From positions 1-64,000 of IMG/VR virus record IMGVR_UViG_3300017971_000190: a stretch of 64,000 nucleotides of DNA; one strand, 5' to 3'. Below, one piece after another: positions 23,156-32,688 of the stretch (positions within the stretch are counted from its first letter, which is position 1; each line of letters opens with the position of its first letter). A program made the translations under genes and the position numbers. The notes under the pieces were generated by a model. That model was not told the DNA's origin. It searched no databases and saw only the letters and a list, made by a program, of their open reading frames with translations.

Positions 23156-23280
23156 GATAAACGAAGACGGTTCTCCTTCTTGGAATCAGGATGAGTCCCA
23201 ATTCCGCTGGCACTTGTTAAATGCTGTAGGTGCTCTTTACGATTATTTTATTGACAAACAAAAAGAGGAGAGTAAAGGCC

Positions 23281-23496
23281 ATGAAGATTGACGAAATTTG
23301 GGTGGTAACCAGTGTTGCTACCGATTATTCGGTAAGAACTGAAGTGTATGGCGATGAAGAAACATCTCTGGCAGATGCCAAGTATAATAAAGAAAGAGAA
23401 GATTGGAAAGCTGTGTGGGTAGATCATGTAGTTTTATCTGATTGGGTGGATCAAGATGGTGCTATGAGGGAGGATAAATATGCTTATGACGGTTGA
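23281..23496 (+). CDS. Hypothetical acidic protein
   Basis: SD gaggag, ATG 23281. Confidence 0.6.
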   Translation: MKIDEIWVVTSVATDYSVRTEVYGDEETSLADAKYNKEREDWKAVWVDHVVLSDWVDQDGAMREDKYAYDG

Positions 23497-24292
23497 AAAT
23501 AATCTAGCCCAACAAACGCTTAAAAAGATGACTTCAGTTTGGGATGATCCTGGTTTTCACCTCGTTCTAATTTCCAAAGGTGTATCTCTCCCATCTTTTT
23601 TTGGAGTAGATCGTTGGTTTGTTTACTCCTACGATACTTTCAAAAAGTTAGAGAAAGAACACAAGCTGCGAACAATTATCAGAGACCGTCCACCAAATCT
23701 AGGATATGTAATTACTAATGTTCCCTCTTTTAGAAACAAAGCGGAAAAAATAGTCATAAGAGATTTAGATCATCTACTTCCCCAACATGTTATCAGTAGA
23801 GCTACAACTATTAGTGAACTTTTTTACAATGATCTCCTTTACGTAGCAAAAGCTAGATATGAAATCGAGCCTGGTACTATTTTTCCATGTAGAAATAGCG
23901 ATTGGATAATCGTCAATTCTGGGACTAAGCAAACAAACTATTCCTCTACTAGACCTTTTGTTTTTGATAACCTTTACTATTTAATTCACCATGGCGCCTC
24001 TATTTTAAACAATATTCAGGACAGGTGTACAGGACCACAAATTAAAATACTAAAAAACTTGCTTCAATCTTGTCAAATGGGAAATAGTTTTGGAACTTGG
24101 ATCAAGACTTGTAAACGTTATCCAACCAACAGTCTTAAATCTCTTGAAAAGTTAGGACTTGTAGAGGTTAAAGAAAGTTGGAAAACGGTGAATCACAAAG
24201 ATGGTTCTTTTCACACTGAACCAGACAATAAATTTAAACTCACGCCCCTAGGACAAGTTTTTCTAGATTGTGCAGTAGTTGTCGAAAGATAA
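23480..24292 (+). CDS. Hypothetical protein (C-terminal winged-helix-like)
   Basis: 270-aa ORF. Confidence 0.7.
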   Translation: MLMTVENNLAQQTLKKMTSVWDDPGFHLVLISKGVSLPSFFGVDRWFVYSYDTFKKLEKEHKLRTIIRDRPPNLGYVITNVPSFRNKAEKIVIRDLDHLLPQHVISRATTISELFYNDLLYVAKARYEIEPGTIFPCRNSDWIIVNSGTKQTNYSSTRPFVFDNLYYLIHHGASILNNIQDRCTGPQIKILKNLLQSCQMGNSFGTWIKTCKRYPTNSLKSLEKLGLVEVKESWKTVNHKDGSFHTEPDNKFKLTPLGQVFLDCAVVVER

Positions 24293-24346
24293 AGATTTGT
24301 GGGTTAGCATGTTTAAAGGATGTGTTGACGCCTCTACTGGATTATC

Positions 24347-24775
24347 TTGAAGAAAAGCAGGAGAAAAAAGAAAATGACTAAAAAGGAAAAGAAGATTAAG
24401 CAACCTGTGAATTCAGAAGTTAGGAAGGCAATTCAAAAAAGATACTACAATTCTCTAACTGAAGAAGTGGCACCTATTTCAGCTGCTCAATTTAAAGTAT
24501 TAAGAACCCTTAGTGCACAAACTTGGGGCACTCGAAATTGGAGAAGCGTAAAAAGCTTTTGCCAAACTTATGATTACCAAGAGAAGACAATCGAAGCTCT
24601 TGTTTCTAAAAAATTAGCTAAGTTCAAATACCCAAATCTGTACAAAAATTCAGATTTTTCTAGACAGTGGAAAAACAAAGAAGTGATGATTACCAATTTA
24701 GGCCAACAAATTACAGAGTACATGGCTGCTGTAGAAAAGATTAGAATTGGTATTTCTATTCGGAAGCTTAAGTGA
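24347..24775 (+). CDS. Basic hypothetical protein
   Basis: ORF; start probably ATG 24374. Confidence 0.65.
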   Translation: MKKSRRKKKMTKKEKKIKQPVNSEVRKAIQKRYYNSLTEEVAPISAAQFKVLRTLSAQTWGTRNWRSVKSFCQTYDYQEKTIEALVSKKLAKFKYPNLYKNSDFSRQWKNKEVMITNLGQQITEYMAAVEKIRIGISIRKLK

Positions 24776-24913
24776 CTATGCAACAAACTTGGGTCATTAT
24801 TTTTATTTGTGCTCTCGTAAGTTGGAGTTGTATTAGCCCGGTAATTATTTTTGCGGCTTGGGATCGCGGAAAAGCTCACGGACGTGTAGAGGGCAGGAAG
24901 GAAATACTAGATC

Positions 24914-25288
24914 GTGTTAAGTCTGAAAGCAATCAAAAATAAAATAGTTGACACCTACTACTTTTTCAATCTGGTCTACCAGGTTTTTAAAAAGTGGAGA
25001 AAAGAAAGACGTTGCCCAACTTGCGGAGCTAAGACGTGGGCCGGAAAAATACCAGTAGCCACAGTTACTTTAACAAGTGGAAAAGAGGTACCAATTGAAT
25101 TGGTAGTTAGAGGCTGTGAAAACAACTGTCCTTACCACATGGACCAGACCACCATAGATCTAGAAGGAGAGCAGTTAACCATTGACGAATTTTTGTACGT
25201 AGCAGAAAGGCTTGACAAAAAGAAAGCCTTGTGGTACTTTCGAGACTTGTTCAAGCAGACACAGGCTCAACATAAAAGAGCCAACTAA
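24914..25288 (+). CDS. Hypothetical Zn-binding protein
   Basis: CPTC..C..CPYH. Confidence 0.65.
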   Translation: MLSLKAIKNKIVDTYYFFNLVYQVFKKWRKERRCPTCGAKTWAGKIPVATVTLTSGKEVPIELVVRGCENNCPYHMDQTTIDLEGEQLTIDEFLYVAERLDKKKALWYFRDLFKQTQAQHKRAN

Positions 25289-25303
25289 CTAGACGATGAA
25301 AGG

Positions 25304-25579
25304 ATGACGAAAAAGATGACTAGTAAAGCTGAATTTGGTAATGAAACTGTACGTTTTGCTTTTGATGCCAATGACGAAATTGGTCAAATTTCTAACCTAC
25401 TAGATGTTTTCACTCTTTCCGGCTCTCCTGAAATGAGAGAGCTGCTGGAGTGGGATGCTAAAAATGATGATAAACTGAAGAACAAGGTACGCAGTTTCCA
25501 GCTCAACACCATTGAAACTCTCATTGAAATGACGCAGCAAATTAAAAGTAAAAAGCTTGGTATGAGATCCGGCCGCTAG
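25304..25579 (+). CDS. Hypothetical protein
   Basis: ORF. Confidence 0.65.
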   Translation: MTKKMTSKAEFGNETVRFAFDANDEIGQISNLLDVFTLSGSPEMRELLEWDAKNDDKLKNKVRSFQLNTIETLIEMTQQIKSKKLGMRSGR

Positions 25580-25690
25580 AACCCTTCCTCCTCTCCCTCC
25601 GTCCCTTCCTTTTTAAAATTTTGTGCTGTGGGGTTTGTAAACAAGTAGGTGTGGTGAGGTCGATCAACAACATAGAAAAGGAGATTCACC

Positions 25691-25900
25691 ACGAGCAAAA
25701 TTTCTAAATATGAAGAAACCTACAGTGCTCTCAATAGATGCCTTCAACATCTTGTTGAGATGCAAATTATGACCGGTCTTGAAAACGCTGCGTTATTCAC
25801 AAGTGAATTTAGAGAACAGTTAACTGGTCTTCTAAAGGATACAGCTGAGTTAATGAAAATAACCGGATCTAATTTAAAACTAGAACTTGAGGCCCTGTAA
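25691..25900 (+). CDS. 69-aa ORF with apparent ACG start
   Basis: SD aaaggag 7 nt upstream of ACG; in-frame TAG at 25673 excludes an upstream start. Confidence 0.45.
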   Translation, partial: TSKISKYEETYSALNRCLQHLVEMQIMTGLENAALFTSEFREQLTGLLKDTAELMKITGSNLKLELEAL

Positions 25901-26073
25901 GTATGTAAGACTCTTTTTTGCCTTCCTTCTTTCCCTCCCTTTTCCTTCCAAACAAAGTTAGTTTCTACTAGACCGGTAGAAAAGCCGTAATAGATGTGTA
26001 AGAGTGTATTCTCCTACACTAACTACTTTTCTATCGTTCACAACACATTTGTAGTTGCAGGGGCAAACAACTC

Positions 26074-27606
26074 ATGAGTAGTGCAATTCTATACGACCAA
26101 TTTAAAGCTTTTTTAAAACAACTGGTCAATGATCCAGATGTTATGCGAAAACACAGCGCTCTTTCTGATGACAGCTACCGTCAAGATATTCTAGACCGCA
26201 TTGACGCTCAAAATCCAGAAACTAGTATTGTGCAAGACGTTACTAACGCTCTCACACCCACTTACGGAATGATGAGTAAGGACCCTAGCCACAGAACTAT
26301 TGTTTTTGATTCCATTGGTTTCATCACCAAACTAAGTGCTTTTCGAGAAGGTACAGTTAGTAACCCTTCTAAGTTTTTCCGTCGCCCCTCTACAGATGCT
26401 TATGGTGTTCGTTATATTTTAGCTGACCGTGGAACTGGTCTCATACTGCTCAATCCTGAGCTGGAAGTTTTAAGCCGCTTTCCTACATTTGGTCCAATTG
26501 TAGTTGAAGAGTATAATGATCCCTCTGCTGTCTGTGTCTTTAACGTAGGTGGTACAGATTACCTGGCTGTTACGAGTTATAGTCACCATATTTGCCAAAT
26601 CTATCTCTATGACCCTCCCTACACCTATCAAGCTACAATTGGTTCTTTGGATACTCCTGGAGCTACACCGGCTCTTCTCTACAATCCTGTTGGAGTAGCA
26701 GTAGACGAAACAAATAGTCTACTCTACATTTTGAACGAAAACGGAACTCCAGCTGGGGCTACCCTTGACAGAGGTTTTGTAACTGTTTTTGACGTCAGCA
26801 ATCCTGCTGCTCCGGTCAACACCGGAATTCCCATGTATTATGGAAATACTGGTAGTCTTTTAGATAGCGAAGTAGATAGCGCTGCTGATATTTTCTTTGA
26901 CAACAATTCTAATTTACTTTGGTTGACAAATGGACCTGCTAAAAATGAAGCCGCTGCTTTTACCACAAGTAGCGGTATTTTGCTCTCTTCATACATTGAA
27001 TCAAGTGGCGCTGGATATACTCTAAGAACCCCCAAACAGATTTATATTCAAACGCAACTGGGGGGCTATAAACGGATTTTTATTGCCAATGGAGCTACAG
27101 GTACAATTGAGGTATTTGACCAGGTTAGCTTACAACATTTAGGAAGTTACGGTTACCGAGCCAGTGAAGATGAACTGAGTGGCTATGACCGCCTAAGTGA
27201 AGATATTTATGGCGCAATTGGATTTCCTCAAGCTGTAGTTGCAGATACAGTTACTTTGGATGGGAAAGAAGCCGATGTTTTCGTTGTTGGTGATTCTATT
27301 AATCGACGCCTTCACCGATTTAATACTAATGCTTACACCGAAAACAATTGGGTCAATTTTGAGCTTTTGGAATTGGATGTTCCAGTCAGTCTTTACGGGT
27401 GGAGTTTTTCTGGAACCATTCCTCCAGACATGATGACAGTTTACTACCGTTTTGATGAAACGGAAGAGTTTAGAGAACTGCCTCAAGAAACCAATACTCC
27501 ACCTAGTAGCACCTTCCAATTCAGAGTAGCTGTACACCTAGACACCCGTCGTTTTGTGCGCCCGTGGAAACTAGATAAACTTCGCATTCACGCTACGCAG
27601 GTTTAA
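26074..27606 (+). CDS. NHL/beta-propeller-like protein, probably virion-associated
   Basis: Repeats NP.GVAVD, P.QIY, P.AV; first gene of the large-gene module. Confidence 0.7.
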   Translation: MSSAILYDQFKAFLKQLVNDPDVMRKHSALSDDSYRQDILDRIDAQNPETSIVQDVTNALTPTYGMMSKDPSHRTIVFDSIGFITKLSAFREGTVSNPSKFFRRPSTDAYGVRYILADRGTGLILLNPELEVLSRFPTFGPIVVEEYNDPSAVCVFNVGGTDYLAVTSYSHHICQIYLYDPPYTYQATIGSLDTPGATPALLYNPVGVAVDETNSLLYILNENGTPAGATLDRGFVTVFDVSNPAAPVNTGIPMYYGNTGSLLDSEVDSAADIFFDNNSNLLWLTNGPAKNEAAAFTTSSGILLSSYIESSGAGYTLRTPKQIYIQTQLGGYKRIFIANGATGTIEVFDQVSLQHLGSYGYRASEDELSGYDRLSEDIYGAIGFPQAVVADTVTLDGKEADVFVVGDSINRRLHRFNTNAYTENNWVNFELLELDVPVSLYGWSFSGTIPPDMMTVYYRFDETEEFRELPQETNTPPSSTFQFRVAVHLDTRRFVRPWKLDKLRIHATQV

Positions 27607-27610
27607 AACA

Positions 27611-28147
27611 ATGACACTTAGAAGACGACGCAGAAGAATTAGGACCATAGTAGCTGATAAAGAGAAGCAACAACTGACTCTTCTTAACGGATACGCTCGT
27701 CTTTTGGCTCAATGTCAAAAAATAAAAGGTAGTGAAGAAGCTTGTCAGCAACAAGCCAAAAAACTGGATGATCTCATAGCTACCGTTCCAGACAGTATTA
27801 ACGATGAAACTATTAACTCCATTTTAGAAAATAATGGTTTAGATGGTTGGAAATTGAAGGCTGCTAGTTTTAGAAGAAGAACTTCTACTGCATCTCCTAA
27901 AAGTGTTCAGCTCCAACTTAAAAAGTTGGCAGTTAATTTGAAAGTCATTTCCGGATTATCTACTGAATTATTAGATCGTGTTAATGCCGAAAGACAATTA
28001 CGAAAATGGGGTGATCCGTCTTACGAAACATTTTACGGAGCGGAGTGGGACGAGTTTTTAAATCGCACAAAAGAGTTACTAAACGAGGCTCATGGTTATT
28101 TATCCGAAAGTGAAGCCACTTTTGATTATTATGAAATTGGGGAGTAA
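27611..28147 (+). CDS. Hypothetical helical protein
   Basis: 178-aa ORF. Confidence 0.75.
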   Translation: MTLRRRRRRIRTIVADKEKQQLTLLNGYARLLAQCQKIKGSEEACQQQAKKLDDLIATVPDSINDETINSILENNGLDGWKLKAASFRRRTSTASPKSVQLQLKKLAVNLKVISGLSTELLDRVNAERQLRKWGDPSYETFYGAEWDEFLNRTKELLNEAHGYLSESEATFDYYEIGE

Positions 28148-28153
28148 GTAAAC

Positions 28154-28444
28154 GTGACACAATTAAATTACCAAGTACTACCCACTCCTTCTGTTGAGGT
28201 TGCTATTGTAACCGCTAAAACAGATGGTGTCATAACTCAAATTAAGGTGTGGTTGCAAACTCTCACATCACTAAGTGACCCAATCGCTTTTATTACTGTT
28301 AATAATCTGAAACCAAATATTTTAGCTTTAGCTGGTGTTACCGACGATACCGATGATTATTTCAACCTACTAACCGAAGTGGATGACTACACAGAAGGTG
28401 ACTACTACATTTATGAAGTACGCCTAAGTCACACAGAAAACTAG
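28154..28444 (+). CDS. Hypothetical acidic protein
   Basis: 96-aa ORF, GTG start. Confidence 0.65.
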   Translation: MTQLNYQVLPTPSVEVAIVTAKTDGVITQIKVWLQTLTSLSDPIAFITVNNLKPNILALAGVTDDTDDYFNLLTEVDDYTEGDYYIYEVRLSHTEN

Positions 28445-28453
28445 AACGTTCCA

Positions 28454-29572
28454 ATGGCAATATCTATTTTAAGCCAAGTTGAATCTTCAACTAAAGTTTA
28501 CGTCATAACCGTAAATCTTACTAGTTTTGACCCTATTGTAGACCCTGTTAGCTATGTCTCCCAACCAACTGTTTGGATGGATGTTCTAGCAATTGCGGGT
28601 TTACCTGAATTACTTTTCATTGGGGCAGAGCTTATAGACCAAGGTTATATAGGGAGAGAATACTATTACAAGCTAAGCATGACTTTTGACCGCACTCACG
28701 TTGTAGCTACAGGTCACAGTCACGATAGTTCAACTATTTTCCACCCTCTCAATAATGCCTACTTAGACGGCCCTTGGATTGAAGTTGTAGATAATTTAGG
28801 CCCTGTAGATATTAGAAGAGACGCTACCGGTACAACTGATTACTTAAGAGTTAGAGAAGAAAATGGAGATGATTATTTTAAAGTAGATAAAGATGGTTAT
28901 CTTCAATTTGGAAATCATGTTCGATTTTTAAGAGATTGTGAATTCGATATTGGTTCCGTAGATGATGGAGCTACTCTTCGTAGACCACGAGATATTTATG
29001 TTTGCAGAAATGTGGACATGGGTGGAAATTTGACTGTGGGAGGAAATGGAACATTTCAGGATTTTCTCCAGGCTACACACTACGAATTTACTTCACAAGC
29101 TGCCAATCCAGATTCAGACCCAGCTAGCAGGCATATTTACTGGAACAGCGTTGATAATACTCTTAGAGGTTGGGATGGGAGCGTTGAATTTATTTTAGGA
29201 GGGGGTAGCACACCTCTTGGCTTAACAGGAATTTATACGTGCCCCTCCTCTGTTGCAGTTGGAAATGTGGTTTCTATAATTGGCGGAACAACTGTTGATA
29301 AAGCAGATGCTACCATTTTAGGTCTACGCCCAGTAATTGGTGTTGTTGTTTCTAAAATAGATCCAACTACAGCCGTTGTCCAACTTTACGGAGAGGCTGG
29401 AGTTTTTGCTGGTTCTCTTGTACCTGGGGAGCTTTATTTCTTAGGAAAAGTTCCTGGTACACTTACCAATAGTTTAGCTGGTTACGTATCTGGAGATACT
29501 GTCCAATTGGTGGGAGTGGCAAAAGATGCGAACACTCTTACTTTGAGATTTGAGTCACGAGTACATCTCTAA
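28454..29572 (+). CDS. Putative virion fibre/decoration protein, C-terminal DUF2190-like domain
   Basis: C-terminus V.I.G..KADA..IGVV..V..YG..G.L.PG..YFL..PG.LT..V..VG.A. Confidence 0.65.
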   Translation: MAISILSQVESSTKVYVITVNLTSFDPIVDPVSYVSQPTVWMDVLAIAGLPELLFIGAELIDQGYIGREYYYKLSMTFDRTHVVATGHSHDSSTIFHPLNNAYLDGPWIEVVDNLGPVDIRRDATGTTDYLRVREENGDDYFKVDKDGYLQFGNHVRFLRDCEFDIGSVDDGATLRRPRDIYVCRNVDMGGNLTVGGNGTFQDFLQATHYEFTSQAANPDSDPASRHIYWNSVDNTLRGWDGSVEFILGGGSTPLGLTGIYTCPSSVAVGNVVSIIGGTTVDKADATILGLRPVIGVVVSKIDPTTAVVQLYGEAGVFAGSLVPGELYFLGKVPGTLTNSLAGYVSGDTVQLVGVAKDANTLTLRFESRVHL

Positions 29573-30074
29573 AAAAATAGAGAAAAAGGAAAACAGGAGG
29601 TACCTGGAAATCATGGCGAAGTTTAAACTACGACCGGAGTTAATTACTCCACTAACCAACGCAGGCTTTATTGATGATGTTACCGGTCTTATGAAGTACA
29701 GAATCCCTTACAAACAAAATCGTATTACCGGTTTGACTATGTATGAGCTTATGTTTGATCCTGCTAAAGTGATCCATGTGAATAATGACTATGCCGCTTC
29801 TGTTTTACGTCTTCGGAAATCTCCTAAAATTAAAAGTGGAGGAGATTGGTTGGTAGACGACGGAACAGTTCCGTGGTTTATTGAACTTTCTGAAGATGAT
29901 GTTACGGCTACTCATGTAGTACACGAAGAAGGAACAGAAGTTCTTCCTAGAAAAGACAGAAGACTAATTAAAAAGTATAAAAAGGCAAGTGGAGAAATAA
30001 TTCCTGACCAAATTGACGTAGCTACGATGGCTACTCACGTCGCAGCTGCGAAAACATTTTTTGCGAATCAATAG
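29550..30074 (+). CDS. Hypothetical protein
   Basis: ORF; start probably ATG 29613. Confidence 0.7.
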   Translation: MSHEYISKKIEKKENRRYLEIMAKFKLRPELITPLTNAGFIDDVTGLMKYRIPYKQNRITGLTMYELMFDPAKVIHVNNDYAASVLRLRKSPKIKSGGDWLVDDGTVPWFIELSEDDVTATHVVHEEGTEVLPRKDRRLIKKYKKASGEIIPDQIDVATMATHVAAAKTFFANQ

Positions 30075-30108
30075 GTTTCAAACAACATAAAGAAAGGGAC
30101 AAGAAACC

Positions 30109-32604
30109 ATGGCAGACGCACGACCACTTTATCTTAACGGCGGAACTGTAACACGGTATGGTTCAGCAGATGCTATCCAAATCGAAACCATTAAAAGCAT
30201 CGATGGACCTGGAACTAACACTGTGGCCCTTTTCACAGATTTGGGCAGTGGTGATACTATTCAAATTGGGGGTGCTAGTTCTTTAGCTCAAATTCAGGGT
30301 GATCTTCAGGTAGATGGTGATGAAACTGTTGTAGGTGATACAGTTCTTTCGGGTGATACTCAGATTGGTGATGCCGCTTCGGATACACTAGATGTTCAAG
30401 CAGATATTATTAGTGATCTTAATTTCGACGGAACAGACCAAGCGGTTACCAATGACAGTACTGGTACTTTAGGACTTCTTAAATCTGGTACTAGTGGAGA
30501 TGTTACCGTTGGTAACTCTGCTACTGCTGGTAACGTTGTTTTAACCAGTACTAATGGTGTCGTCCAGGTTGCTAGTGGTGCACTGGATATCAATACTAGC
30601 ATTGACGCTGATGTAACCACAGCTGATGTACTTGCTAGTGGGGCCATTAGTTTAGATGCTGGTGCAGCTTCCAACTTCACTACAACTGTTGGCGCTCTTA
30701 CTCTCGATGGTGCTGGCGGTGTCAACATTGCTGGTAATGCAGCTGAAATTGATCTCACTACAACCGGCGCAATCGATATTAATGGTAATGGTGTTACTAT
30801 TGATGGTAGTACTGACGTAAATATCGGTTCTAATGCCATTTGGACAGATGGGTCTCAGGTTGCCATTAACAACAATACCGGTACTGGTGACTGGGTAATG
30901 TCTGTTGATGGTATTGATGGAACCAATGATACTGAAACTATTTTACTATCTGGATTTAATGGTGAAACCGCTGGTATTCATGTTTACAACGGTGATCCGA
31001 CCAATAACGTTACTCCTCAGGGTATTGGTGATATTTGTTTAAATACATCAGGTGGTACGGTATATTTTGCAAATAATACTACTTCTGCTGACTGGGTTGC
31101 TGTTGGTAGTGCTACCGGTAATAGTCTCCAGCAAGCTTACGATGTTGGTACATCTATTCAGCTGAGCGATGCTAAAGGTGACATGACTATCGATACCGAT
31201 GACACCGTTACGGTAGCGAATTTCATCGTGCAAAATGAAGCTCAAACTGCACAGTATCTTGCCACTGATGCTACCAATGCTCAGCTCGAATTAGGTCATG
31301 CTAATATTACTGTTGGCATGATTGGTAAAATTGATACCGACGTTACTTTCGAAACCAGTGGTGGGGCGAAAACAATTACCGGTGATGGTACCAATGGTCT
31401 CACGGTAACAGCAGGTGCTTCTACAGCACTTACTCTTACTTCTCCTGTTGCAGCTACTTGGTCTACAACTGCTGGTATTCTCACTCTTGACGGTGCGGGT
31501 GGGGTTGCTGTTCAGGGTAACGCTGGGGAAATTGATCTCACCACTACCGGTGTTGTAGATATTAACGGTACAGGTGGTGTTACGATTGATTCTGTTTCTA
31601 CCGATATCGCTCTTACGACCACAACTGCTGGCGATCTGGACTTCAACAGTGCTAATGATATTTTAGCTGATGCTACAGCTGGTATTTCTCTCGACGCTGG
31701 TGCAGCGTCTAATTTCACTACCAGTGGTGGCGCTCTTACTCTCGACGGAGCAACTGGAGTAAATATTGCTGGTAACGCGAGTGAAATTGATCTCACTACA
31801 ACTGGTGTCGTAGACATTAACGGTACAGGTGGTGTCACGATTGATTCCACAAGTACTGATATTGCTCTTACAACTACAACTGCTGGTGACTTAGACTTTA
31901 ATAGTGCCAATGATGTTTTGGTAGACGCCGCAGCTGGTATTTCTCTTGACGCTGGCGCAACTTCTAATTTCTCCACCAGTGCTGGTGATATTGACATTAG
32001 TGCTGCTGCTGCTCTTGACTTGGACGCTGTTGCTGGTAATGTTACTGTTGATGCTGCTGCAACGTACGACATTGCGCTTACAGTTGCAGACAATGCTGCT
32101 AGTGATATTACTTTTGATGCTCACGGTGCAGCGGCTCCAATTCCGATTAACTCGGCTACAGATCCAGATTTAGACACTACAGCTCAGAACATTGTTGGCG
32201 CTATTAATGAGCTGTACGCTGCCAGTTCTGATGTAGCCATTTCGGTTACTACTGGTGAAGCGTATAGTGTGGGTGATGCTATTTATCTGAGTACTGCTGA
32301 TGGCAAGGCGTATAAAACGGACGCCGACGCTGCTGCGTCTTCCGTGTTTGTTGGTATTGCCCAAGATGCTTCTACTGGTATAGATGAAACTCACACTGTT
32401 ATTGTTAATGGTGAAGTTACGTCTAGCACGGATTTTGCTGCTATGGCAAATGGTGATGTTCTTTATTTAGACACCACTACTGCTGGTGGGCTTACCACCA
32501 CTCCTCCTAGTGCTGAAGGTGATACCGTTCTTAAGGTTGGTATCGTTTCTGACCAGGCTAACGACAAATTCGTTATTCAGGTTGGCGTACCGTTCCTTCT
32601 GTAG
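30109..32604 (+). CDS. Putative fibre protein with ~78-aa tandem repeats and C-terminal DUF2190-like domain
   Basis: G/A/T/D-rich; ISLDAGAASNFTT..GALTLDGA.GVNIAGNA.EIDLTTTG repeated; TTAQNIVGAINEL fibre motif. Confidence 0.8.
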   Translation: MADARPLYLNGGTVTRYGSADAIQIETIKSIDGPGTNTVALFTDLGSGDTIQIGGASSLAQIQGDLQVDGDETVVGDTVLSGDTQIGDAASDTLDVQADIISDLNFDGTDQAVTNDSTGTLGLLKSGTSGDVTVGNSATAGNVVLTSTNGVVQVASGALDINTSIDADVTTADVLASGAISLDAGAASNFTTTVGALTLDGAGGVNIAGNAAEIDLTTTGAIDINGNGVTIDGSTDVNIGSNAIWTDGSQVAINNNTGTGDWVMSVDGIDGTNDTETILLSGFNGETAGIHVYNGDPTNNVTPQGIGDICLNTSGGTVYFANNTTSADWVAVGSATGNSLQQAYDVGTSIQLSDAKGDMTIDTDDTVTVANFIVQNEAQTAQYLATDATNAQLELGHANITVGMIGKIDTDVTFETSGGAKTITGDGTNGLTVTAGASTALTLTSPVAATWSTTAGILTLDGAGGVAVQGNAGEIDLTTTGVVDINGTGGVTIDSVSTDIALTTTTAGDLDFNSANDILADATAGISLDAGAASNFTTSGGALTLDGATGVNIAGNASEIDLTTTGVVDINGTGGVTIDSTSTDIALTTTTAGDLDFNSANDVLVDAAAGISLDAGATSNFSTSAGDIDISAAAALDLDAVAGNVTVDAAATYDIALTVADNAASDITFDAHGAAAPIPINSATDPDLDTTAQNIVGAINELYAASSDVAISVTTGEAYSVGDAIYLSTADGKAYKTDADAAASSVFVGIAQDASTGIDETHTVIVNGEVTSSTDFAAMANGDVLYLDTTTAGGLTTTPPSAEGDTVLKVGIVSDQANDKFVIQVGVPFLL

Positions 32605-32623
32605 TTTTTTGTAACCTTAATCG

Positions 32624-32658
32624 CGAGGGGGCAAGCTTTTGGGTTTGCCTCCTCGTTT
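32624..32658 (+). terminator. Hairpin/putative intrinsic terminator
   Basis: cgagggggcaag/tttgcctcctcg followed by ttt. Confidence 0.55.
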
Positions 32659-32688
32659 AAGTTTGCAAAAAGGGAAGGTTAAAGTCGC

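Noticed and set aside
30396-32394. Minus-strand ORFs over the fibre gene (also 14177-14677, 15632-15994, 58071-58574)
   Set aside because: Antisense shadows of biased or repetitive + strand genes, with no RBS or motifs
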